From: Cyanobacteriota bacterium
Lineage (GTDB): Bacteria; Cyanobacteriota; Cyanobacteriia; Cyanobacteriales; Nostocaceae
Assembly (NCBI GenBank): GCA_046045965.1
Contig: JBJOKS010000040.1
Coordinates: 1 to 35,923 of the forward strand
Reading direction: 5' to 3'
DNA: 35,923 nucleotides
Below the pieces are notes generated by a model. The model was given only the letters and a program-made list of their open reading frames with translations, was not told the DNA's origin and did not search any database. Made by a program: the position numbers and the translations under genes. Shown here piece by piece: positions 1-11,324 of the stretch; position 1 is the stretch's first letter; every line of letters begins with the position of its first letter.

Positions 1-2
1 GT

Positions 3-260
3 TCTGCTCTTGATCCCATTTCTACTTTACGGGTGGAAGAACTAATTCACGAACTCAAAAAACAATACACTATTGTGATCGTTACTCACAATATGCAACA
101 AGCAGCGCGGGTTTCTGATAAAACAGCTTTCTTCAATGTCAAAACTTCGGAAAAAGGTGGACGTACAGGTTATTTAGTAGAATACGCGCCAACAGAATTA
201 ATTTTCAATGATCCGCAACAAGAAGATACCAAAGCTTATATCAGCGGTAGATTTGGGTAA
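3..260 (+). CDS. pstB: Phosphate ABC transporter ATP-binding protein, C-terminal part (5' truncated by the window)
   Basis: The frame reads [18 protein letters not shown]...[23 protein letters not shown]...YISGRFG, containing the D-loop, H-switch and typical PstB C-terminus. Confidence 0.95.
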   Translation, partial: SALDPISTLRVEELIHELKKQYTIVIVTHNMQQAARVSDKTAFFNVKTSEKGGRTGYLVEYAPTELIFNDPQQEDTKAYISGRFG

Positions 261-272
261 ATAGTATAGTTA

Positions 273-299
273 TGTCACAGTTTTTCTCTTCATGTGACA
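273..299. terminator. Possible stem-loop between convergent pstB and tRNA-Gly
   Basis: TGTCACA (273-279) and TGTGACA (293-299) form an inverted repeat just after the pstB stop; no strong U tract. Confidence 0.3.
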
Positions 300-415
300 G
301 CTATCTATTAGCTATAACCCAAATCTACTTATCACTGGAAAACTTGTACAGTGATATTTTTTTCAGCATTTCTAGCTTTCTTGCTTGCTAGGAACTTTCA
401 CTTATTTTACCATTA

Positions 416-486
416 AGCGGGTGGCGGGAATCGAACCCGCATTATTAGCTTGGAAGGCTAAAGTTTTACCACTAAACTACACCCGC
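416..486 (-). tRNA. trnG: tRNA-Gly (anticodon TCC), CCA not encoded
   Basis: Reverse complement GCGGGTGTAGTTTAGTGGTAAAACTTTAGCCTTCCAAGCTAATAATGCGGGTTCGATTCCCGCCACCCGCT folds as a full cloverleaf with anticodon arm TTAGC-CTTCCAA-GCTAA and U73. Confidence 0.97.
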
Positions 487-536
487 AAATTTCCAACTAT
501 TTAAATATAGCACAGCCTTCCTGAAATTACAAGTCC

Positions 537-1628
537 TTATTGAGAATTTATTGGCTCAATTCTGATCCGCACATATAAATTACTCAACTCTGGTTGTGAG
601 CCATCCTGATTATAAGCACCCACAAAGCTCTCTTGCTTAAAAATATCATTCAGTGCTTGCTCATAGATGCTTTTTTCACTGCGGAGTGTCTCCGGATCAA
701 TACTGATAACTATCGCTTGTTGAAAGTTGCCATTTTTATCAATTACTAAACTAGCTAGTATATTTGCTGGCTTCAGTCCAGAATCACTGGGAAGAAAACT
801 AAAGTCCAATTCCTTACTACGACTCCCTTCGTATTCTGCCAAAACATCAGGTAAAGCATCAACTCTTAATTTTTGTTGTTGTCTTAATTGCTCTACTTCA
901 TCTTTCAGTATTGGAGTAACATTAGCCAATGCACCCCCTCGTGTTGGTTCTGGTGAAGTTTCTGGAGTTGGTTCTGGTGAAGGTTCTGAAGTTGGTTCTG
1001 GAGTTGGTTCTGGTGAATCTGAGGGAATATCGTTTGGTAATAAGGTTCCTTTTCCGAGCTTAACTTCTTGACGACGATTCCAGGGAAGATCATCTAATGG
1101 AATAGTTTCTGTAAATGTGGGTTTAGGTGTAAATTGTTCTTGAGGTGTAAATGTGGGTGTGGGTTCTGGTGTGGGTTCGGGTGTAAATTGTTCTTGAGGT
1201 GTAAATGTGGGTCTTGGTTGAGGATCTATTGGTGGATTATTAAACTGACTATTATTACTTTCATTCTGCTGGGAGAGATTAAAGTCAGAATTTATAAATT
1301 CATCCTCTAGTTTTTCAGGAGTGCTGGCAGTAGTTTCTGGTAAAGTTGCCGTTACAGACCTTTCAGTTGAGGAAGAAACTTTCGGTTTAACAGTTGTAGT
1401 TGTTGATTCTTCTTCAGGTACAATATCAATCAACTCAATCACAATCTCATCTTGACCAGACTGAGGAATCCAAGGTCTAAATTGATCAGATGATCGTAAA
1501 AACCAAAATACCAATAAATGTAGGGAAATTGAACCTATAAATACAGCTATCCACAACCAAGGTGGATCGGTATGCCTATAATTGATGTTATCATCATCGA
1601 GTTTAAAACTGGATTTAACACTGTTCAT
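537..1628 (-). CDS. Hypothetical membrane-anchored Pro/Thr/Glu-rich protein (TonB-like layout)
   Basis: N-terminal hydrophobic helix (WLWIAVFIGSISLHLLVFWFL), EPTP and PTFTPQEQFTP repeats, globular C-terminus; starts 26 bp after the cyaC stop. Confidence 0.75.
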   Translation of the reverse strand: MNSVKSSFKLDDDNINYRHTDPPWLWIAVFIGSISLHLLVFWFLRSSDQFRPWIPQSGQDEIVIELIDIVPEEESTTTTVKPKVSSSTERSVTATLPETTASTPEKLEDEFINSDFNLSQQNESNNSQFNNPPIDPQPRPTFTPQEQFTPEPTPEPTPTFTPQEQFTPKPTFTETIPLDDLPWNRRQEVKLGKGTLLPNDIPSDSPEPTPEPTSEPSPEPTPETSPEPTRGGALANVTPILKDEVEQLRQQQKLRVDALPDVLAEYEGSRSKELDFSFLPSDSGLKPANILASLVIDKNGNFQQAIVISIDPETLRSEKSIYEQALNDIFKQESFVGAYNQDGSQPELSNLYVRIRIEPINSQ

Positions 1629-1654
1629 GCTTGGTCATCCAGTAGCACTTTACT

Positions 1655-4600
1655 TTACACATTAGCTATAGAAGTATCTGCTTCTGTTCTGACTACAAAG
1701 GTGAGAACTGTTTCATCTATTCCTTTCAATTCCAAGGGACTACCTTTAGTAATTTCTTCTTCCTGCAAATAATCTGCTACAGCCGCAGAGACTAAAATAG
1801 TACCAGGTATAGCAGCAGCTTGCAACCTAGCAGCAATATTCACACTAGGTCCAATCGCTGTATAATCAGCACGTTCCTCACTACCAAACATTCCCACAAC
1901 TGCTGTACCTTGGTGGATACCACAGCGAAACTGTACACCTTTACGCCCATCAGTTTCAAATATACCCTGTTCTAACCAACGGCGATTTAAATTAACCAGA
2001 GCGCGTTGCATTCCCCTAGCAGTACCGATAGCACGACGCACCTGTTCATTTGGTGTGAGTTCTTCTGGCGCTCCGTACAAGGCTAAGATAGCATCTCCCA
2101 TAAATTTATCGACAGTACCGCCATTGTTAAAAACTACTTTGGTCATAGTTTCTAAATATTCATTCAGCACTTCTGCGACTTTTCGGGATCTGAGGGTATT
2201 GGATAGCTGGGTAAAACCAACAATGTCACTAAACAACACTGTGACTAAGCGCGGTTCTGGCCGCAAATCTAGGGACAAAGTTCCAGACGCTGCTTTCTTG
2301 ACTAAGGCAGATGGCAAAAAGCGTTTGAGTACCGATTCTGTCAGGTAGGTGTTTAATTCCAAGACGCGTTTTTCATTTTCTTTCAAGGCTAAAAGATTCC
2401 TGGCTTCTGCTAAAAGTTCCCGGTCATTAAATGGTTTAGCTAAATAAGCATCAGCACCATGTTCTGTTCCTTCAATGCGAGTTTCTTCATCAGCCTTTGC
2501 TGTGAGAAGAATCAAGGGTATACCTCGCATTAGCTCATCACTGCGGATCATCTGAATCATTTCTAGTCCTGTGACTAAGGGCATCATTAAGTCAGTGATG
2601 ATGAGGCTGGGAAGAATTTCTCGTGCCAAATTATATCCTTCGTAACCATTACGAGCAGTAGCTACTTGATAGCCGCTGTGACGCAGAATCTCGGCTACAT
2701 AGGATCGCATATCTCGGTTGTCGTCTACGACTAAGATTAATTGCTCAGTAGATGGGTGAGTATGAACTTGTCCGTTAGAGTCTACAATTTGTAAATTTGG
2801 TGACACATCTCTGGTAATAAATTCTCTGTTGTCAGATGCTGATTCTACCTGTTCTAAATCCGCTAATTCTACACTGGCGCGGTTGAGATTTAATTCACAG
2901 GGTGTATCTAGTACCTGTTCTGGAGGTAGGTGATCTGCTCCAGTCAACAGGCGGATGTTAAATTGAGTCCCTTGTCCATAAACTGATTGGACTGTGACTT
3001 CGCCTCCGTGCAGTTCTACTAATTCTTTAACCAGGGATAAACCTAATCCACTACCTTCATAGGAGCGGTTTTCTGAGCCTTCAGCCTGACGAAAGCGTTC
3101 AAATAGGTGAGGAATTTGTTCTGGAAGAATACCAATTCCTGTATCTTGGATTTGCAAGATGCAGCCATTACCGTCATTGAACAATCTGACAATGATTTTA
3201 CCTCCATCGGGAGTAAATTTCATAGCATTTGATAACAGGTTGTAAAGTACCTTGTCAAATTTTTCTATATCCAGGTAGACTGTCGGACATTCAAACAAAT
3301 CCGTAGTCACTCTCAGCCCCTTTTTCTCACAGTAGAGGCGAAATGAATCGACAATTTGGTTAACAAATTCGACGAGATCGCAAGGGCGGAAACTAGGCTG
3401 CATTCTGCCAGCGTCTAGGCGTTGTAAATCTAGTAGTTGATTTACCAGTCGTAGGAGACGGCGAGAATTGCGGAGGGCGATCGCACATTGGGCGTGGGAT
3501 AATCCTTCACCTATTTCCACTGCTGACTCTAATGGTCCTTGAATCAAGGTGATAGGTGTCCGAAATTCATGGGAGATATTTTGGAAAAATTCGGTTTTTT
3601 GTCGATCTAGCTGGATTAATCGTTCTGCTTGTTCACGGGTTGTTTGATATAAACGTGATTGTTGGACGGCGATCGCTGCTTGTGCTGCTACTGCTTTAGC
3701 CAGTTCAATTTCTGATGGTAGCCACTTACGGATTTTATCACCTTCTCTTAGGGTGATACTACCGATACATTGGCCATCAATTAGTAGGGGAACGACCATG
3801 AGCGATCGCGGTCGCATTTTCAACGGTAAATCAAAAGCCTGGACATCTGCGGGCGAGTGAGTAATATCCGTAATTACCACCGGCTCTTTTGTCTTTAATA
3901 TTTCTTTTAAAATCGGATTTTTCTGGATCGGGGCTTGGGAACTAGATAAATGCTGAGTTAAAGCACGCCTATTCCTACCCAGGCTATTTTGTGAGAAAGT
4001 ATCCAAATGTTTAGAACTGTCATACAAACCTACACATTGGACATATTCATCTTCCTGAGTCCATAAAGACAGAACACAGCCATCTACTTGTAAAGCTTGT
4101 CCTAATCGTTGGGTTATAGCTGCAAATATATCTTGTGGGTCTAGACTAGAACGAATTTCCCTAGTTATTGTATTTATTAAAGCTTCCCTTTTTGCTAAAG
4201 CTTCTACTTGCTCATAAGCATAGGCTTGAGACAAAGCCAGAGCCGCCTGATCAGCGACAATTGATACCAGCTGTACCTCTTCTTCTTCCCATACACGTCC
4301 TTGGTTGCACTGGTGCAAGGCTAACACCGCTCTTAATTCTTGTTGACAAATCAGTGGCACAATTAAACTAGAGCAGATATTAGCATCATTAAAAGCCGCA
4401 GCACGTTCTTCATCACCTTGGATGCGATTATCACCTGCTACATTGGAAATTACCTGCACTTCGCCAATTTCCCACACCGTCTGAGCTAAAAGAGGTAATG
4501 GGGTGATAGAGTCAATATTCTCTGGGGATGAATTTTCTTTACCTTCAGATATTCGGGGCAAAGAAGAATTATTTTTCCCCTCAGCCCATGTCTGTTGCCC

Positions 4601-5221
4601 TTCAGATGGTTCTTGATCAGATTTTTGGTAGATAAATCCTTCATCTGCCAATTGCTCATCTTGGAAGGGACGTAACAGGCACACATCCACTTCCAACATA
4701 TGTCCCACTGTATCGACAATGGTTTGTAAAATTTGCCGATAGTCTAAGGCGCTACGAATAGTATTGGTGACAGTATTAAGCAGAGATTCTCTACGCAATG
4801 TCCGAGTCAGTTCGCGGGTTCTGGCTTTGAGGACATTATGGGTATCCAAAGCCTGGCGGACTACAGCTTTAAGTTCTTCAGCTTCCCAAGGTTTTGTAAC
4901 ATATTTAAATACCTTGCCAGAGTTAATAGCTTCCACCAAGTCTTCGACATCGGTGTAGCCAGTTAAAATAATCCGAATAATATCTGGGTATTGAGTTGCT
5001 GTGAGACTCAAAAATTCTGTACCGCTCATCATCGGCATCCGTTGATCAGAGATGATCACCGCAATGTCTCCTTCTTGTGCCAGCAATTCCAGAGCCGCAG
5101 GGCCAGAGTTGGCTCTTAGCACCTGATACTCCCGATAGAAACTGCGGTAAAGCAAGTCTAGGTTGTCTGGTTCATCATCGACAACCAAAATTTTTGGCTT
5201 TTTGTTGGCTTGTAATGTCAT
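1655..5221 (-). CDS. cyaC: Hybrid sensor adenylate cyclase CyaC (REC-GAF-GAF-HisKA-HATPase-REC-class III cyclase)
   Basis: ILVVDDEPDN receiver, two GAF domains, H-box SHEFRTP, NLLSNAMKFT and GSGLGL motifs, second receiver, cyclase motifs VLFSDIVGFT, VDKFMGDAI and VNIAARL. Confidence 0.93.
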   Translation of the reverse strand: MTLQANKKPKILVVDDEPDNLDLLYRSFYREYQVLRANSGPAALELLAQEGDIAVIISDQRMPMMSGTEFLSLTATQYPDIIRIILTGYTDVEDLVEAINSGKVFKYVTKPWEAEELKAVVRQALDTHNVLKARTRELTRTLRRESLLNTVTNTIRSALDYRQILQTIVDTVGHMLEVDVCLLRPFQDEQLADEGFIYQKSDQEPSEGQQTWAEGKNNSSLPRISEGKENSSPENIDSITPLPLLAQTVWEIGEVQVISNVAGDNRIQGDEERAAAFNDANICSSLIVPLICQQELRAVLALHQCNQGRVWEEEEVQLVSIVADQAALALSQAYAYEQVEALAKREALINTITREIRSSLDPQDIFAAITQRLGQALQVDGCVLSLWTQEDEYVQCVGLYDSSKHLDTFSQNSLGRNRRALTQHLSSSQAPIQKNPILKEILKTKEPVVITDITHSPADVQAFDLPLKMRPRSLMVVPLLIDGQCIGSITLREGDKIRKWLPSEIELAKAVAAQAAIAVQQSRLYQTTREQAERLIQLDRQKTEFFQNISHEFRTPITLIQGPLESAVEIGEGLSHAQCAIALRNSRRLLRLVNQLLDLQRLDAGRMQPSFRPCDLVEFVNQIVDSFRLYCEKKGLRVTTDLFECPTVYLDIEKFDKVLYNLLSNAMKFTPDGGKIIVRLFNDGNGCILQIQDTGIGILPEQIPHLFERFRQAEGSENRSYEGSGLGLSLVKELVELHGGEVTVQSVYGQGTQFNIRLLTGADHLPPEQVLDTPCELNLNRASVELADLEQVESASDNREFITRDVSPNLQIVDSNGQVHTHPSTEQLILVVDDNRDMRSYVAEILRHSGYQVATARNGYEGYNLAREILPSLIITDLMMPLVTGLEMIQMIRSDELMRGIPLILLTAKADEETRIEGTEHGADAYLAKPFNDRELLAEARNLLALKENEKRVLELNTYLTESVLKRFLPSALVKKAASGTLSLDLRPEPRLVTVLFSDIVGFTQLSNTLRSRKVAEVLNEYLETMTKVVFNNGGTVDKFMGDAILALYGAPEELTPNEQVRRAIGTARGMQRALVNLNRRWLEQGIFETDGRKGVQFRCGIHQGTAVVGMFGSEERADYTAIGPSVNIAARLQAAAIPGTILVSAAVADYLQEEEITKGSPLELKGIDETVLTFVVRTEADTSIANV

Positions 5222-5810
5222 GCACCGCTTTCCTGCTGCAACGGCAGTCGGATAAAGAATAATCTGCTCAGATTAAGATATTTCTGAATCAGGCAAGGCT
5301 CAAGCATTTCGACCAATATACTGTTAGGCCACATGACGGCTGGGTATAGGAATGTTTACTCAAAGTGATGGAAATTGATTTATGGTATTAAAATTGTTTA
5401 TCAGTTACGCAGGGCAATTGATTTTATCGTCACTTTTGATTCATCGTCTTGACCTCGACTGACCAAATCTGTTGTCACCTCCTTTTATAACCTGCTGGTG
5501 CTGCATAAAACCCTTTCATCTGGATAAAACAACATCATGAAACTGTATATTGATTTTTCCCATTCCAGCCGTGATACTAACACTTGCAGGTGATTTTTTG
5601 TGATCCTGGTCATGATAGAATCATTTATATGACATATAATAGCTATATTTAACGATAAAGTATACTATTAAACAAGTACCTATTGCTAATTTAGCAATCA
5701 GAATCAGGTGACAGGTGACAGAGGAGATGGAAAGAAAATCAATAATTACGAATTACAAAAGCTATACTTAAGCAAATTTTCGTTAAATCAACTTAAATCC
5801 TAAACTAGCT

Positions 5811-6440
5811 TTGAAATCCTGGTTTTTTCACCCACATCATCAACAATCAGTTACAGATGCACGCCTCCCCAATTCCTGTCAATTTCAAATCCGTGCAGCT
5901 ACATCCACTGATTTGCCTGGTATTGCCCAAATAATTGCTGAAAGCTTTCACTCCCAAAAAGGTTTATGGGGATGGGCTTTTCCATTATTTCGTTTGGGTA
6001 TTTATGAAGATTTAAGGTATCGTCTAGCGTCAAGGATACCTCATCAGGTTTGTCTAGTAGCTGTTAACACCGATATAAGTGGCACTGATCAAGTCCTGGG
6101 AACTGTAGAACTAGGTTTGCGTTTTGGCGATCACTGGGCAAATGCTCACAAGCGTTTTCCCTACTTGTCTAATTTAGCTATTCACCCAAAATACCGTAGG
6201 TATGGCTTGGCTTCTAGTCTATTGACTGGTTGTGAACAAGTTTGTCAAGACTGGGGATTTGAAGATTTATATCTCCATGTCTTGGAAAATAACCATCAAG
6301 CTAGACAACTGTATTTCAAGCTAGGATATCGGGTGTATAAAGTTGAATCTTATTGGCACAGCTTTTTCTTCCACCCCTCACGGCAGATTTTCCTGCATAA
6401 ACACCTGACGAATGACAGGGGTGTAGGGTCGAGGGTGTAG
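5811..6440 (+). CDS. GNAT family N-acetyltransferase
   Basis: YLSNLAIHPKYRRYGLA acetyl-CoA motif A and NHQARQLYFKLGY motif B; TTG start uncertain. Confidence 0.88.
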   Translation: MKSWFFHPHHQQSVTDARLPNSCQFQIRAATSTDLPGIAQIIAESFHSQKGLWGWAFPLFRLGIYEDLRYRLASRIPHQVCLVAVNTDISGTDQVLGTVELGLRFGDHWANAHKRFPYLSNLAIHPKYRRYGLASSLLTGCEQVCQDWGFEDLYLHVLENNHQARQLYFKLGYRVYKVESYWHSFFFHPSRQIFLHKHLTNDRGVGSRV

Positions 6441-6743
6441 AAATGAAGATGGTTAGGTAGTACGATTTTTTAACCAGTCCTCATCCTGGGTTTTTAAGGC
6501 AAATTTTATCTTTATAAAAACTTTAAAGAAAGATTCCTAGAGTGAGAGACAAATTCGCCTTAATCCCATAAAATATGATTATTCATTTGACAACAACACT
6601 GTTTTATTGATCGATTTAGTTGGGGTTTGTATAAAATTCTTAATCAGACAAACATATTGAGAAACTTGATTTAATTAAAAAGCTAGTTAATTGACGTATT
6701 GAAGTGCATTTCTATACCACCTTCATTAAAAGTTTGAAAAAAC

Positions 6744-7301
6744 ATGGATAGCGAACAACGCCGACGCTATCAGGCTGCTATGATATCAACTTATTGCCCT
6801 GAAAATATTTTCCTGGACAACCTGACCATGCAAGATGGAACTGAGCGATCGCACAGATCGGAAATTCTCGCGTCTTTGCATAGCGGAAAAGTTTTGATAG
6901 TTAATAGTCGTAAGCGCAATGGGTTAATAGTATTTAAACGCTATCATGCAGAGTTTGCAGGTCCTGGAGCAGTGGTAGGTGGGGATTATGATCGGGATTG
7001 TCAATGTGTACTCCCTGTAGGTAATCTCTCTTTATTAACTCCTGAATCTCATGAAGATCGTCAGAAAGCCTACTTGATCAGAAGACAATGGATTCGCTTA
7101 ATCAAACAAATTACAGAAAATTCAGTTCCCGCACAAAGAGTACAGAAAATTCTTGAACAATTTGAACAGTATTTTCCAGCAGAAATGGTTGCTAGTCTGC
7201 CAGATGTTACCTTTGCTATGTTAGTGGGTGTGTTGCCGCAAACGGTGGCAAAAGTGCGCCGTCTGGGCAATGATATGGACGAATGTTTTGATTATGAATA
7301 G
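6744..7301 (+). CDS. Hypothetical protein, possibly a degenerate Crp-like regulator with a C-terminal HTH
   Basis: 185-aa ORF; the C-terminal FAMLVGVLPQTVAKVR segment is HTH-like; the true start may be a later Met. Confidence 0.6.
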   Translation: MDSEQRRRYQAAMISTYCPENIFLDNLTMQDGTERSHRSEILASLHSGKVLIVNSRKRNGLIVFKRYHAEFAGPGAVVGGDYDRDCQCVLPVGNLSLLTPESHEDRQKAYLIRRQWIRLIKQITENSVPAQRVQKILEQFEQYFPAEMVASLPDVTFAMLVGVLPQTVAKVRRLGNDMDECFDYE

Positions 7302-7303
7302 TG

Positions 7304-7625
<322 letters not shown>

Positions 7626-7627
7626 AG

Positions 7628-8776
7628 TTAATATTTCTGGTTTGCTAAAGCAGTTTGTAACCGCGTCAGCGTACGAGTGTTTTCTGCTGGTGTTCCTACG
7701 GTAATTCTTAACGCCCCAGGAAGTAACCGGACAAGAGTTCCTTCGTTTCTCAGTTTTTGGTTGAGAATGTTTAACGCTGCATCTATTGGTTGATCAGCAT
7801 TGGGTTTAAGACGCAGGTAAATAAAGTTAGTATCACTAGCTGTAATTTCTAGTGCTGGGTGTGAGGATAAAGCCATGATCAGTTTACTTCGTTCACTTAG
7901 AGTTTGGGGAATGGAACTCAGCAAAAGTTGGCGATTTTGTAAAGCAACTAAAGCGGAAGCAAGGGAAAAACTGGGTAAATTGTAGGGGAGACGAACTTTT
8001 TCTAAAATGGCGATCGCATCGGGATGGCCTACACAATAACCTACTCGCATGGCTGCTAATCGAAAAGCTTTGGAAAAAGTCCGCAGCACTACCCAGTTTG
8101 GATGCTGTGCTAATTCCCCAACCAAAGTAGTTTGGCTAAATTCAAAGTAAGCTTCATCAATAACTACCAAAATCTCCTCTGGTAGACTTTTCAACCATGC
8201 TAATTCTGCCGCAGTTAAGCAATTAGCAGTTGGGGAATTGGGATGAACAACAAAAACCACACGAATAGGCGGATTTTGAGTTTGTTCAATGGCAGATTGT
8301 GCAGCTTTTAAATCTGTTTCAAAATTGCTTTCATTTCTACCCACACTTACCACAGGAATACCCAATGTTTGCGCCAAAATCCCGTACATGGAAAAAGTGG
8401 GATTGGCAACTAAAATAGAACCTTCTCCCCCCAAACAGGTGGCAATTAATAAAGAACGAATCAGTTCATCTGAACCGTTACCGACGGAAATATTAGCAGC
8501 AGTGAAACCAGAGGATGAAAGGTTAGCTGATTCATTGACATATTCGGCGATCGCTTCTTTAAGTGTTTCATGTCCACCATCAGGATAACGATTACTTTCT
8601 ATAACTTGTTGAAAATTCCACGCCAATTTTTCTTTGATTTCTGGTGGCAAATCATAGGGACTTTCATTAGTATCCAGCCGATCAAATTGCATGGCAACTG
8701 GTTCTGCTGTATTACTACTGGGGTGAGGTTTATAAGCAGTAAATTGAGATAAATCGGAACGGATAAATGGAAGCAT
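7628..8776 (-). CDS. hisC: Histidinol-phosphate aminotransferase
   Basis: [31 protein letters not shown] and the PLP lysine motif [17 protein letters not shown]. Confidence 0.95.
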   Translation of the reverse strand: MLPFIRSDLSQFTAYKPHPSSNTAEPVAMQFDRLDTNESPYDLPPEIKEKLAWNFQQVIESNRYPDGGHETLKEAIAEYVNESANLSSSGFTAANISVGNGSDELIRSLLIATCLGGEGSILVANPTFSMYGILAQTLGIPVVSVGRNESNFETDLKAAQSAIEQTQNPPIRVVFVVHPNSPTANCLTAAELAWLKSLPEEILVVIDEAYFEFSQTTLVGELAQHPNWVVLRTFSKAFRLAAMRVGYCVGHPDAIAILEKVRLPYNLPSFSLASALVALQNRQLLLSSIPQTLSERSKLIMALSSHPALEITASDTNFIYLRLKPNADQPIDAALNILNQKLRNEGTLVRLLPGALRITVGTPAENTRTLTRLQTALANQKY

Positions 8777-8790
8777 AATTTATCAGTTTT

Positions 8791-8868
8791 CAGGGAATAG
8801 GGAACAGGGAACAGGGAACAGGGAGATGGGGGGAAAAGATGTTTCCCAATCACCAATCACCATTACCC
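8791..8868. repeat. STRR-type heptamer repeats (CAGGGAA)n and (CCAATCA)n
   Basis: CAGGGAATAGGGAACAGGGAACAGGGAACAGGGA followed by CCAATCACCAATCACCATTACC. Confidence 0.8.
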
Positions 8869-9500
8869 AGTTGGCAAAATGAGCGAATGGCTTGCCAAAT
8901 CTCGACTGTAACATTTGCCAAAGCGTGATCACTGTCTAATTCTATTAATTTTACCCAAGGACGGGAAACAGCAAAGTCTCGACTAGCTTGAATGGGGATG
9001 ACTTCATCTTGTTTACCGTGCAGAATCAGGGTAGGAATGGGACGTTGTAACAAATTTTCCTGGTATTGGGCAGCATCTGTGACGAAATCACAACTTAAAG
9101 GCAATTCTCTTCCTTCGCCATAGTGATACACCAACATATATTTTTCTTGCTGCCAACGTTGGATTTTTTCTGATCCTAACTTGGGCAACCAATGGGATAA
9201 AAACCCAAAAGCTGGTGCTAGTAAAACTAAGCATTGCACTTGTGGGTTTTGTTGTGCCAAATGAGCAGATGTCAAACCACCCAAACTAGAACCAATCAGA
9301 GTTACAGGTACAGAATTATCAGGAAATTCAGCCGTGACTTGATTTATCTGACTGGTAATTGTCAGATGGGAAAAATCACCAGCATTTAAATCGGGAATTT
9401 TCAGTGTGATCTGAATTTGGGCAAAGCGATCGCTCAAATCCTGTGCTTTTTTGGATTTAGGACCAGACGCAAAGCCGTGAAGATATATGTATGAATTCAA
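8850..9500 (-). CDS. YqiA/YcfP-like alpha/beta hydrolase (esterase)
   Basis: YLHGFASGP, nucleophile elbow GSSLGG, HGKQDEVIP and DH catalytic residues. Confidence 0.9.
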   Translation of the reverse strand: MNSYIYLHGFASGPKSKKAQDLSDRFAQIQITLKIPDLNAGDFSHLTITSQINQVTAEFPDNSVPVTLIGSSLGGLTSAHLAQQNPQVQCLVLLAPAFGFLSHWLPKLGSEKIQRWQQEKYMLVYHYGEGRELPLSCDFVTDAAQYQENLLQRPIPTLILHGKQDEVIPIQASRDFAVSRPWVKLIELDSDHALANVTVEIWQAIRSFCQLGNGDW

Positions 9501-9524
9501 AATGAACTACTGTAATTACCTTAG

Positions 9525-11060
9525 TTAATTGTTGCCGTTGCCCCCGCCTTGGTTGCCCCCGCCTTGGTTGCCCCCACCTTGATTTCCCCCACCTTGATTT
9601 CCACCGCCTTGGTTGCCACCACCTTGGTTGCCACCACCTTGATTTCCACCGCCTTGGTTGCCACCACCTTGGTTGCCACCACCTTGGTTGCCACCACCTT
9701 GGTTGCCACCGCCTTGGTTGCCCCCACCTTGATTTCCACCGCCTTGGTTGCCACCGCCTTGGTTGCCCCCACCTTGGTTGCCACCACCTTGGTTGCCACC
9801 ACCTTGGTTGCCACCACCTTGGTTGCCACCACCTTGGTTGCCACCACCTTGGTTGCCACCACCTTGGTTGCCACCACCTTGGTTGCCCCCGCCTTGGTTG
9901 CCACCACCTTGGTTGCCACCACCTTGGTTGCCACCACCTTGGTTGCCACCACCTTGGTTGCCCCCACCTTGATTTCCACCGCCTTGGTTGCCCCCGCCTT
10001 GGTTGCCACCACCTTGGTTGCCACCACCTTGGTTGCCACCACCTTGACCAGGGTTGTTACTTTGTCTATTTTCGCGGATGACTTCTCCGGTTGTGACAAA
10101 AGAATCTATGGGAACACGAGGATTGTTTCCAATAGTACCTCTTCCTAAATTATCTCTAGAAGGACGGTTAATAGATTTTTGTTCTCGTCCAAAATCTCTA
10201 TTGTTGGAGTTATTGTTGGAGTTATTATTGGAGTTATTATTGGAGTTATTGTTGGAGTTATTATTGGCGTTATTGTTAGAACGATTAGAAGAACCAAGGG
10301 CATTAGCATTTTTATTTAAAAAAGATGGGTTGTCAATTGTACCCTGACCCCTGATTGGTTTTTGTTTTGCTACAGCTGCGGCTGTTTCCGCTTGAACACT
10401 GGCTAATTCTGGATCTGCGGCAGAGGAGTTTTGGTTAGTTAAATCAAAACCTTGTACCAAGTTGCTTTGTTCATAAAAATCTCTCAGGTCAAAATCATAT
10501 AACCCCTGAAATTCACCTTTAACTACAACCATTAATTGTCCGGCTTCCAGAACTAACCTTTGGGAAGCTTGCTGGTTAGCAACTTCAATACCGCTATTTG
10601 TCAAAGCACCAACAATTGTAGTTTCAGTTTCCGGGTCATAACGAACAAACAATGCTGAACCGCGAATTGCTGCTGCTGCATTTGGTGTCTTAATCTGTGT
10701 TTGTCCCCTTCCAGGTGGAATCAGTAACAAAACAGTCCCGTTAGATAAGGTAAAATCTCGTGTTTGTGGCAAAAATTGAAATACGGCTTGTTCTCCCACC
10801 CGTGCTACAGAACCATCATTAAAGCGCAAATCTGCAAGGGAAGAACGACCAGTAGATACACCATCACCAGGAGTTATTGTATCTAATCGACGTGCTGGAC
10901 GTGTCTGAGAATTATTTTTAGGTATCAGCTGCACCATATTACGGAGTTCTTGAATCTCCGCTTGCGTTAGAGGAGTTCTGGCATTTGCTCTATTGGTAAC
11001 AGAAAAGGCTGTAACTATACATAATCCCAACAGCACCCGTGGTAAAAATTTATTCAACAT
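9525..11060 (-). CDS. Secreted FecR-domain protein with an Asn-rich linker and a (GGGNQ)x33 tail
   Basis: Signal peptide ending ANA; FecR-like GDGVSTGRSSLADLRFNDGSVARVG and TPNAAAAIRGS segments; low-complexity C-terminus. Confidence 0.85.
   Translation of the reverse strand: MLNKFLPRVLLGLCIVTAFSVTNRANARTPLTQAEIQELRNMVQLIPKNNSQTRPARRLDTITPGDGVSTGRSSLADLRFNDGSVARVGEQAVFQFLPQTRDFTLSNGTVLLLIPPGRGQTQIKTPNAAAAIRGSALFVRYDPETETTIVGALTNSGIEVANQQASQRLVLEAGQLMVVVKGEFQGLYDFDLRDFYEQSNLVQGFDLTNQNSSAADPELASVQAETAAAVAKQKPIRGQGTIDNPSFLNKNANALGSSNRSNNNANNNSNNNSNNNSNNNSNNNSNNRDFGREQKSINRPSRDNLGRGTIGNNPRVPIDSFVTTGEVIRENRQSNNPGQGGGNQGGGNQGGGNQGGGNQGGGNQGGGNQGGGNQGGGNQGGGNQGGGNQGGGNQGGGNQGGGNQGGGNQGGGNQGGGNQGGGNQGGGNQGGGNQGGGNQGGGNQGGGNQGGGNQGGGNQGGGNQGGGNQGGGNQGGGNQGGGNQGGGNQGGGNQGGGNQGGGNQGGGNGNN
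9549..10043 (-). repeat. 15-bp coding tandem repeat, 33 units encoding GGGNQ
   Basis: 495 bp of TTGGTTGCCACCACC variants on the + strand; variation only at synonymous positions of the GGGNQ frame. Confidence 0.95.
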
Positions 11061-11324
11061 AACTGATGTTCCTTGTATTCACATGGTAATGAATATCTGT
11101 CAATCTTGTAATATTTTGGTGAATTATTGTGGTATTTTGTAGTACGCTTAACTATCTTATTATATTCATGGTAAGCTTATTTACATCAAAAAAAATAGTT
11201 GAATTTACTGAATTTTTACTTAAAAAAATGTGAAGCACAAAAAATGTACCATAGGTTGTGTATAAAATTAAATTGAATAGGGGATTCGGTTTTATCAATA
11301 TCTATCATTAACCGATTTTGCTAA

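Noticed and set aside
9521..10347. Alternative-frame ORFs (VATKV, VATTL, PPPWL and LLELL repeats)
   Set aside because: These are shadows of the GGGNQ and NNNS repeats; nucleotide variation is synonymous only in the FecR-protein frame.
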